From NCBI GenBank assembly GCA_020148045.1, contig JAHCRG010000017.1, positions 21,229 through 85,228 of the forward strand: DNA of 64,000 bases. The letters are read 5' to 3'. Every line of letters starts with the position of its first letter. Within the stretch, counting starts at the first letter, position 1. The stretch is from Patescibacteria group bacterium. Its GTDB lineage: Bacteria > Patescibacteriota > Minisyncoccia > Minisyncoccales > GWA2-38-27. A model generated the notes under the pieces. It was not told the origin of the DNA and did not search any database. It saw only the letters and a program-made list of their open reading frames with translations. A program made the translations under genes and the position numbers. Positions 18,805 through 26,194 of this stretch are shown one piece after another.

Positions 18805-18835
18805 AAAGAGGCCATCGATTATCAATGGCCTCTTT
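18805..18835 (-). terminator. Intrinsic terminator downstream of hisD
   Basis: AAAGAGGCCAT...ATGGCCTCTTT inverted repeat. Confidence 0.7.
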
Positions 18836-18943
18836 AAGATTTAATTTACTTTTTCTCAATTATATCACGCAGAAACCCAATTCCTTGAACTCTCTTGTTG
18901 ACATATCCCTTAAAATAATTTCTCTCTTCTCGGAGTTAAAGAG

Positions 18944-20131
18944 CTAAAAATTATTTAATCTTATCTCAGCGGATTTTTTGTGAGCGTCTAGTCCTTCAAT
19001 TGAAGCAAATTTTGTGGCGATTTTAGCCAGATTTTTGGCGCCTTTTTTATTTATATTTTGATAGGTTGGAATTTTAATAAAGTCTTTTACTGACAATCCT
19101 CCAGTATATCTTGTAGTCTTGTTAGTGGGAAGAACATGATTTGTCCCAGAACAATAATCGCCGAAAACTACTCCGGAATATTCGCCGAGAAAAAGAGAAC
19201 CATAATTTTTTAATTGACTAAGATATTTCTTTGGATTTTTAACTTGGAGTGACAAATGTTCTGGAGCAATTTCATTGGCCATTTTGATAGCTTCTTTTAA
19301 GTCTTTAACTAGAATTTCTTTTTTCTTTTTGAAAGCTTCTTTAATAATGTTTTTTGTGGCTATCTTTTTAATTTGCGTTTTTAGTTCCTTGTTCACTTCT
19401 TTAATCAAATCTTTCGAATTAGTAACAAAAGTTATTTTTGTCTCTACATCATGTTCTGCCTGAGCTAATAAATCTGCAGCAATAAATTCAGGGTTGGCAT
19501 ACTTATCAGCAACAATTAGAATTTCGCTGGGCCCAGCTAAAAGATCAATCCCGCATTCTCCAAAAACTTCTTTTTTTGCCTGGGTTACATAAATATTCCC
19601 GGGCCCTACAATTTTATCTACTTTTGGGATGGTTTCTGTTCCATAAGCCATGGCAGCTATTGCCTGAGCTCCCCCAATATTGAAAATTAAATCAGCCCCA
19701 CTTAAATCAGCAGCTACAATAGTAATTGGTTTTATTTTAGGAGAGCAAACAATAATTTCTTTTACACCAGCAACTTTAGCTGGAATTCCACACATTAAGG
19801 CAGTGGAAGGTAGGGGGTATCTGCCTCCTGGGACATAAACCCCTATCCTCTCAATTGGAATTATTTTCTGGCCAACTGTTAGGCCATTTTTCGTGTATTC
19901 AAAATCTTTGAAATTCTTTAGTTGGCTCCTGGCAAATCTTCTAATATTGGCAGCTGCCCTTCTCATCGTTTCTATAGTTTCTCTCTCCACTTTCTGGTAG
20001 GCCTTCTTTATCTCTCTTTTATTTACTTTAAAATCCTTTAATTTAACCTTATCAAAAAGCGTTGTATATTTCCTAACAGCTTTGTCTCCGTCTTTCTTTA
20101 CATCTTCAATTATTTTTTTAACCGTTTCCAT
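18944..20131 (-). CDS. hisD: Histidinol dehydrogenase
   Basis: GVYVPGG, GGAQAIAAMAYGT, GPGN, AGPSE, QAEH, APEHL, GDYCSGTNHVLPT, EGLDAH. Confidence 0.97.
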   Translation of the reverse strand: METVKKIIEDVKKDGDKAVRKYTTLFDKVKLKDFKVNKREIKKAYQKVERETIETMRRAAANIRRFARSQLKNFKDFEYTKNGLTVGQKIIPIERIGVYVPGGRYPLPSTALMCGIPAKVAGVKEIIVCSPKIKPITIVAADLSGADLIFNIGGAQAIAAMAYGTETIPKVDKIVGPGNIYVTQAKKEVFGECGIDLLAGPSEILIVADKYANPEFIAADLLAQAEHDVETKITFVTNSKDLIKEVNKELKTQIKKIATKNIIKEAFKKKKEILVKDLKEAIKMANEIAPEHLSLQVKNPKKYLSQLKNYGSLFLGEYSGVVFGDYCSGTNHVLPTNKTTRYTGGLSVKDFIKIPTYQNINKKGAKNLAKIATKFASIEGLDAHKKSAEIRLNNF

Positions 20132-20217
20132 CTCTATTTTATTTTGGCAAGTTAAATAAGAAAAGTCAATTTCAAAAAAAAGAGCAGTTAAAAATTACTG
20201 CTCCTAAAATATGTCTT

Positions 20218-20748
20218 TTATTTTCTTAATTCGAGAACCCAATAAGTTCGTCCTAATTCTTTTGGGGGTCGAACTATACCAGTGTTCTGAAAACCGATTT
20301 TGGAGAACATTGATATAATGGGCTTGGCCTTAGGATTAGTAGAAAGAACCACAACATCTGCTCCTTTTTCCTTCTCTCTTCTCAAAAGCTCCCGAGTTAA
20401 CTTCTCTCCGATACCTTGCCTCCGTAATTCTTTTTTTATGCCCACCTCTTGAAAATAAAACACATTTTTTTGTCCCTCAAATAAAAATTTCAATCTCGGA
20501 GAAAAACGACTACCCTCTTTCAGATCCGTTTCAAGAAGTTGATACATCCAGGCAAAACCGACCACCTCATTGCCTTCAAGAGCAGCTAAAGCCATAGCCT
20601 TAGGTCTTTTAAACTGCTCCTGCATGATCTTTAATGCCTGAGAAGGTCTAAACTTTTCCTTCCATGGTTCTTCCTGAAAAATCTTACAATAAAGTTCTGC
20701 CGCTCTTTCCATTAACAGAGCATTACCAATCATATCCATTAACAACAT
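20218..20748 (-). CDS. GNAT family N-acetyltransferase
   Basis: Motif A EVGIKKELRRQGIGEKL; SD GGGAGG. Confidence 0.85.
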   Translation of the reverse strand: MLLMDMIGNALLMERAAELYCKIFQEEPWKEKFRPSQALKIMQEQFKRPKAMALAALEGNEVVGFAWMYQLLETDLKEGSRFSPRLKFLFEGQKNVFYFQEVGIKKELRRQGIGEKLTRELLRREKEKGADVVVLSTNPKAKPIISMFSKIGFQNTGIVRPPKELGRTYWVLELRK

Positions 20749-20778
20749 TTTTGCCTCCCGAATTTCCTTATCAAAAAG

Positions 20779-21924
20779 TTAAAGAACAGAACAATATTTC
20801 CTAATTAAATTTTGGCAAACTTTTTTGACTTTGTCAAGGGATTTTATATCAACCCATTCATCTGGCTGATGTCTATTGCCTCCTTTTGGGCCAAATGAAA
20901 AAGATGGCACTTTTAGTTTTTCATTTATCATTTGAATATCCTGATAGCCCAACTCTTGAAGATTAAGATAAGCTACTTTACCAATAGCATCTTCTATAAC
21001 TTTTTTAACTAATTTTAGTTCCTTTGAATTTGTATAAAATGCGCTTAAGTCGTGATAGACGGTAAAGTTTCTTAATTTAAATTTGTTTTTTGATAAAAAT
21101 TTATTTAAAGTTTTTTGGATAATATCAGATTCCAAGCCAGGATGGCCGCAACGGATGTCAAGCGTTGCTTTAGAAATATCTGCAACAGCATCTCCTCTCT
21201 GGCTCACAATTTGTCTTCCATATTTATCTCTTCCCAAGCTTACCCCCCCTGAAATTGCTGACAAATTGCAAATTGAGGGACCTAAATTTTTGGTTCTATA
21301 TTTTTTTAATGTTTTTTCTAAGTATTTAACAGCTTCGACCAAACCTGTAATTACATTTTTCCCCTGGTCTGGCCTTGAAGCAGGAGCAGTTTTACCCTCA
21401 ACCCGAAAAGAAACTTTTATTATACCCCTTGCTCCGTTCCAAATTTTAAGATTCGTCGGTTCAGCACTAACAGCTAACTGAGGAGAAATCTGATATTCTT
21501 TAATAAATTTCTTCATTCCTTTAAAATCGTATTCTTCGTCGCAGTAAAAAAGCAACATTAAGCCCTTTGTTTTTTCAAAACTCTTCAAGGCAGATAATAT
21601 CGCAGCCATCCCTCCTTTCATATCCATACTGCCCAAACCATATAACTTATTTCCTTTAACAGTCCCCTTAAAAGGACTATGTTTTTGCCATCCCCTCGGC
21701 TCAACCGTGTCCATGTGAGCAATGAGTAAAAGTTTCGGTTTTGAGCCGTCCTTAGCAATAATATTAAATCTCTCGCCCTCAACTTTTTGTTTTCTAATCT
21801 TAGTTAGAAAGGGAATTCGTTTTAGGTACCTGAAAATAAAATTGCCAATTTCTTTTTCATTGATTTTCTTGTCTATGTGACTTGGGATAGAAATTAATTT
21901 TTTCGTCAGTTGAAAGGTGTTCAT
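20779..21924 (-). CDS. M20 family metallohydrolase (ArgE/DapE-like)
   Basis: AHMDTV, GSMDMKGG, DEE, AEPT, C-terminal HQPDE. Confidence 0.92.
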   Translation of the reverse strand: MNTFQLTKKLISIPSHIDKKINEKEIGNFIFRYLKRIPFLTKIRKQKVEGERFNIIAKDGSKPKLLLIAHMDTVEPRGWQKHSPFKGTVKGNKLYGLGSMDMKGGMAAILSALKSFEKTKGLMLLFYCDEEYDFKGMKKFIKEYQISPQLAVSAEPTNLKIWNGARGIIKVSFRVEGKTAPASRPDQGKNVITGLVEAVKYLEKTLKKYRTKNLGPSICNLSAISGGVSLGRDKYGRQIVSQRGDAVADISKATLDIRCGHPGLESDIIQKTLNKFLSKNKFKLRNFTVYHDLSAFYTNSKELKLVKKVIEDAIGKVAYLNLQELGYQDIQMINEKLKVPSFSFGPKGGNRHQPDEWVDIKSLDKVKKVCQNLIRKYCSVL

Positions 21925-21981
21925 AATATAATTCTATCATTTTTTTTTGATTTTGTAAAATTTTTAAGTTAGAATACGAAT

Positions 21982-22848
21982 ATGAAAAATTTTATAATTA
22001 TTCCAACTTCAACAGCTGAACATTTAGCAAAAGGAATCAAATCAAAAGGGAAGAGCTTGGAAGTTATTCTTCCTGAGAAAAACAGAGAGGGAAAGAGATA
22101 TTTTCCTGACGGCGAGGTTTATATGAAAATCTCTAAAGCAGATAAATTAAAAGGTGAAAGAGTTGTTGTTTTGCATTCTGGCGCCCCTATGCCAAATAAA
22201 GGATTAATAGAATTAGAATTAATCTTGGAGATTCTAAAGGATAATAAGGTAAAACCAGAAGTATTTTTTACCTATTTTCCTTACAGCCAGCAAGATAAAG
22301 TTTTTGAAAAAGGAGAGACAAATGTGGCTGAAAATTTACTTAAGAAATTAGTGAGTTATTACAAAGTTAAGAAAATTTATATCATTGACCCTCATTTTGG
22401 AGGAAGGAACTGGGTTAAAAAATATCCAATAATTGGGGTGTCGGCAGTTCCTTATTTGATTAAAAAAGCCCGGCGGGATTTTGATGAAAACATTTTATTT
22501 CTATCACCAGACAAAGGAGGAGAGAGGAGAACTGGATTTTCCGGAATTAAAAAGAAGAGACTAACTTCTTTTAAGGTGAGAACATTATCTCCAAAACTTA
22601 ACTTTAAGGGAAAAATAGTAGGAGTAGTTGACGATATAATTGAAACCGGCGGAACCCTTTTGAAATTTTATGATTTTTCTAAAAAAGCTGGTGCTAAAAA
22701 GATTATTGTTCTAATCACCCAGGGCATCCTTCCTGCTGGTATTTCTAAGATAAAAAAGAAATACTCTAAACTCTATTTAACTAACGCCGTAAAACAAAAG
22801 GAAGCAAATATAGACATAACTGACTTGATTTTAAAAACTCTCTCTTAG
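21982..22848 (+). CDS. prs: Ribose-phosphate pyrophosphokinase (divergent, short)
   Basis: FPDGE, PYSQQDK, IDPH, SPDKGG, VDDIIETGGTL. Confidence 0.85.
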   Translation: MKNFIIIPTSTAEHLAKGIKSKGKSLEVILPEKNREGKRYFPDGEVYMKISKADKLKGERVVVLHSGAPMPNKGLIELELILEILKDNKVKPEVFFTYFPYSQQDKVFEKGETNVAENLLKKLVSYYKVKKIYIIDPHFGGRNWVKKYPIIGVSAVPYLIKKARRDFDENILFLSPDKGGERRTGFSGIKKKRLTSFKVRTLSPKLNFKGKIVGVVDDIIETGGTLLKFYDFSKKAGAKKIIVLITQGILPAGISKIKKKYSKLYLTNAVKQKEANIDITDLILKTLS

Positions 22849-22867
22849 TGCCTGCGCACCGAAGGTG

Positions 22868-22938
22868 TGGACCTGGTGGGAATCGAACTCACATCAGAGC
22901 AATGCGAATGCCCCGTTTTACCATTAAACTACAGGCCC
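22868..22938 (-). tRNA. tRNA-Ala(CGC)
   Basis: Acceptor GGGCCTG/CAGGTCC with G3:U70, anticodon loop TT CGC AT, T-loop TTCGATT; one T-stem mismatch; no CCA. Confidence 0.88.
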
Positions 22939-23963
22939 ATCTCCTCCTCTATTGTTTTAATAAACCGCAATGGGTCCACACTGGAACCATTGGCTTTGAT
23001 TGAGAAATGTAAATGAGGAGCTATCGAATAACCAGTGTTCCCTGAAAGTCCTATGACATCACCTTGTCTAACTTGCTCTCCATCCAAAACTTTAAACTTA
23101 TTTAAATGTAAATAAAGAGAGTAAATTCCAAGACCGTGGTCAATTATTAATGTTTTCCCATAATTGATTAAACCCTCGGAAAAACGAACTATTCCATCAT
23201 TGACAGCATAAACTGGAGTATCCATGGCTGCATCAAGGTCTACCCCTAAATGCTGAAGCGCCACCTCCCCGCTTTTCCTAATACTTCCATACTTTCCTAC
23301 CACTTTAATTTTTTTAAGCGGGTAGATAAAGGGCTGGTTAAAATAAGCTGTTGGGGTGAAAATTTGAAGAACCTCATATAAACTGGGGTTATCTTTTTTA
23401 GCTATATTCTCTGAAATCTTTGGTGGAGTATATCCTTTTTTTTCAAGTTCTTCAGTAACTAAAAGCTTGGTAACCGGAAAATCTCTTTTAATAATGTTTA
23501 ATTCTTTCCCAAATTTATTATTGGAAAAATTAATATTTAGGTTATACTTCCCTGGCTCTTTTTTAACGCTGATTCCTACAATGGCAATCCAGTCCCCGGT
23601 TGCTGACTTAAAAAAATCAATTTTCTCTGGCCCAAATTCTCCGCTAATCTTATCTATCCCTGCTTTGTCCTTAACTCCAATCAAAAGGGTGTCTCCTTGC
23701 TCTAATCTATCAGAGGAAAGATAAACCCGGGGCAATAGTATCTCCTCTGATTCTTCCTCTTCTTCAGCTTTCTCCGCCGGAGCAGTTTCTTCTTTCTCAA
23801 CAACTTTCTCTTCTTCTGGAACTGCTTCTTTGTCAGGAATAATCTCTTCTGAAATACTTCCTACCGAAGCTAACCAATACTGATAACCTCTAAAGGCAAA
23901 AATGCCTAATCCTATAAGAATCAATAAAATTATGAGAATTTGAACTTTCCCTTTTGATTTCAT
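22929..23963 (-). CDS. Membrane-anchored M23 family peptidase
   Basis: N-terminal TM, HLGVD, YG...IIDHG, YLHL, SGNTGYS..PHLHF. Confidence 0.92.
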   Translation of the reverse strand: MKSKGKVQILIILLILIGLGIFAFRGYQYWLASVGSISEEIIPDKEAVPEEEKVVEKEETAPAEKAEEEEESEEILLPRVYLSSDRLEQGDTLLIGVKDKAGIDKISGEFGPEKIDFFKSATGDWIAIVGISVKKEPGKYNLNINFSNNKFGKELNIIKRDFPVTKLLVTEELEKKGYTPPKISENIAKKDNPSLYEVLQIFTPTAYFNQPFIYPLKKIKVVGKYGSIRKSGEVALQHLGVDLDAAMDTPVYAVNDGIVRFSEGLINYGKTLIIDHGLGIYSLYLHLNKFKVLDGEQVRQGDVIGLSGNTGYSIAPHLHFSIKANGSSVDPLRFIKTIEEEMGL

Positions 23964-23985
23964 AATATTTCTCAAGTTTTCATTG

Positions 23986-24056
23986 TCGGGGTGCCGAGAT
24001 TCGAACTCGGGCTAAATCCTCCCGAAGGACTCGTGCTACCATTACACTACACCCCG
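23986..24056 (-). tRNA. tRNA-Pro(CGG)
   Basis: Acceptor CGGGGTG/CACCCCG, anticodon arm AGTCC-TT CGG GA-GGATT, T-loop TTCGAAT; no CCA. Confidence 0.93.
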
Positions 24057-25514
24057 TTAAGTAACCCAGTATTTTCTTTTCGTCATTTGATCTTGCTTCA
24101 TCTCAATTTCTTCCCTTTCTTTTCTTGCCTTTTGGGCTTTTTCTTTTAATTTCTCATCTGATAATTTTCCTAATTTTTTAACTTCTTTTTCCAAGAAATC
24201 TTTTTTGTTTTTCTTTGGGTCAGCTAAAACATAACCGAGCAAAACATCTAAAACCCACCCTATTTGGGGCCCTGCTGAAATATTCAAAATCTTCATCACA
24301 CTATTACCATTTACTTTCAGCATTTTCACTGAAATCGGGTCTTGGGAAACCCTTTCAATAATATATCTAAGGTGACGCAGTTTATATGGCTCTGCTTTAG
24401 GGCAGCCAGAACCAATTCTATCTGCCATTCTCACCTCCAAAAGTTCATCCATATTCTCTATCCCAACCTGACGGACCAATCTCCTCACAGAGGTCTCTGA
24501 AACTTCGCCAACATTATAATAGAATAGATGGTACCTAACAAGTTTAACAATCTTTTCAATATCTTTTTTGGAAAACCGCAAGCGGTTCAATATCTGAGCT
24601 GTCATTTTAGCTCCAACTACTTCGTGGCCATAAAAAGTAGCATCAGGACCTTCTCCTCTTTTAGCCCTGGGCTTACCAATATCATGAAACAGGGCAGCTA
24701 ATCTTACATGCTTGTTAAAGTTTCTCTTGGCAGCATATTTTAAAGAAAGTATAGCATGCTCATAACACTCGTAAATATGATGCTTATTCTGGCTTATTTC
24801 GTAACCTTCCTCAAGTTCAGGAATTATATACTTTAAAAGCCCCAACTCTCTCAAAAACTCTATTCCATCTGCTGCCTTTTCTGCCATAATAATCTTTAAA
24901 AGTTCATCTCTTATTCTTTCTTTGGAAATTGCCTGAAGCCAAGGCACATTTTTCTTAACTGCTTGGGCAGTTTTTTTTTCAATCTCAAAATCCAAAACAG
25001 TAGCAAATCTAACTGCTCTAAGCATTCTTAAAGCATCCTCTGAAAAACGGTCTTCGGCTTTCCCAACCACCCTAATAATTTTATTTTTCAAATCTTTTTG
25101 GCCTTCAAAGGGATCAACAATCTTTAATTCAGAACCTTCTAAACCAGCTGCTAATGCATTTATAGTGAAATCTCTCCGAGCCAAATCTTCCTCAATGGTT
25201 TCTGCCCATTCAACTTTGTCAGGATGCCTTTTGTCAGTATATTTTTCTTCAGTCCTAAAAGGAGTAATCTCAACTTCTTTTAATTTTGGGTCTTTTGAGT
25301 CAGTTAAAACAGTTACTGTTCCAAATTTATTATCAGCAAAACATTTAGGGAAAATCTTCTCAATTTCTGCTGGCTTGGCATTTGTAGCAACATCCCAATC
25401 CTGTGGTTCAACTTTCCTTAACAAATCACGAACGCAACCACCAACCAAATATGCCTCATAATTTTTCTTTTTTAATTCATCAACAACAAATTTTACTTCT
25501 TTTGGTATTTTCAT
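24057..25514 (-). CDS. cca: CCA tRNA nucleotidyltransferase with HD domain
   Basis: VGGCVRD, DWDVAT, flexible loop E..Y.D.RHP, EDLARRDFTINA, EDALRMLRAVRF, HDIGKP. Confidence 0.9.
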   Translation of the reverse strand: MKIPKEVKFVVDELKKKNYEAYLVGGCVRDLLRKVEPQDWDVATNAKPAEIEKIFPKCFADNKFGTVTVLTDSKDPKLKEVEITPFRTEEKYTDKRHPDKVEWAETIEEDLARRDFTINALAAGLEGSELKIVDPFEGQKDLKNKIIRVVGKAEDRFSEDALRMLRAVRFATVLDFEIEKKTAQAVKKNVPWLQAISKERIRDELLKIIMAEKAADGIEFLRELGLLKYIIPELEEGYEISQNKHHIYECYEHAILSLKYAAKRNFNKHVRLAALFHDIGKPRAKRGEGPDATFYGHEVVGAKMTAQILNRLRFSKKDIEKIVKLVRYHLFYYNVGEVSETSVRRLVRQVGIENMDELLEVRMADRIGSGCPKAEPYKLRHLRYIIERVSQDPISVKMLKVNGNSVMKILNISAGPQIGWVLDVLLGYVLADPKKNKKDFLEKEVKKLGKLSDEKLKEKAQKARKEREEIEMKQDQMTKRKYWVT

Positions 25515-25575
25515 TATACTTTAATCTTATCTCAAAAATTGATTTTTTTCAACTTTTCTGGTAGAATTACGATAC

Positions 25576-25649
25576 GCGCCCGTGGCTCAATTGGATAGAG
25601 CGCCTGGCTTCGGACCAGGAGATTGTGGGTTCGACTCCTACCGGGCGCA
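25576..25649 (+). tRNA. tRNA-Arg(TCG)
   Basis: Acceptor GCGCCCG/CGGGCGC, anticodon arm CCTGG-CT TCG GA-CCAGG, T-loop TTCGACT. Confidence 0.93.
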
Positions 25650-25659
25650 CAGTTCTTTC

Positions 25660-25733
25660 GGGGCTGTAGCTCAAACTGGAGAGCGTCTCTTTTGCACTGA
25701 GAAGGTATGAGGGTTCGAATCCCTTCAGCTCCA
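25660..25733 (+). tRNA. tRNA-Ala(TGC)
   Basis: Acceptor GGGGCTG/CAGCTCC with G3:U70, anticodon loop TT TGC AC, T-loop TTCGAAT. Confidence 0.92.
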
Positions 25734-25735
25734 AT

Positions 25736-25765
25736 AGCGGTTTATCTTCTTTAACCGCTTTTTTC
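25736..25765 (+). terminator. Intrinsic terminator after the tRNA pair
   Basis: AGCGGTT...AACCGCT followed by T-tract. Confidence 0.75.
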
Positions 25766-25821
25766 TCAAAAAAAAGCAATGTTTTAAACATCGCTTTTTT
25801 TATTGCGTGCGGATGATAAAC

Positions 25822-26193
25822 TTAGCGGGTTTCGCACTTGGTGCACATTCTTGCTTCGGGGTAGATTTTTAGCCGCTCTTCAGAAATTTTCTTGCCGCAT
25901 TTTTCACACTTCCCGTATTTGCCTTTTTTTATTTTCTCTAAAGCTAAATTAATATTTTGGAGCTGCAGTTCCATGCTGTGTTCAATGGGAAGAAGAGTTA
26001 CATATTCCTCCACCTGGTCAGCTGCGTCTTCCAAGGCCTGACTGCCAGCACCGCCATTAAATTTAGGATATTTTGTATCCCAGTCACCTTTAAGCTTCTC
26101 ATCTTTTCTGGCAAATTTCCCAAGCTCAACTTCAATTGAAGTTTTTCGTTCTTCTAATTTTTCCTTTAATTGTTCAAGAAGTTTCTTGGTCAT
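25822..26193 (-). CDS. DksA/TraR C4-type zinc finger protein
   Basis: AL.KI..GKYGKCEKCGKKISEERL..YPEARMCTKC; start taken at ATG 26193. Confidence 0.9.
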   Translation of the reverse strand: MTKKLLEQLKEKLEERKTSIEVELGKFARKDEKLKGDWDTKYPKFNGGAGSQALEDAADQVEEYVTLLPIEHSMELQLQNINLALEKIKKGKYGKCEKCGKKISEERLKIYPEARMCTKCETR

Positions 26194-26194
26194 A

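Noticed and set aside
18859..18943. In-frame continuation after the hisD TAG (LFNSEKREIILRDMSTREFKELGFCVI), possible readthrough or gene remnant
   Set aside because: HisD is complete at the TAG; 27 open codons is within chance and no recoding signal is visible
25567..25791. 74-aa minus-strand ORF
   Set aside because: Antisense to tRNA-Arg and tRNA-Ala
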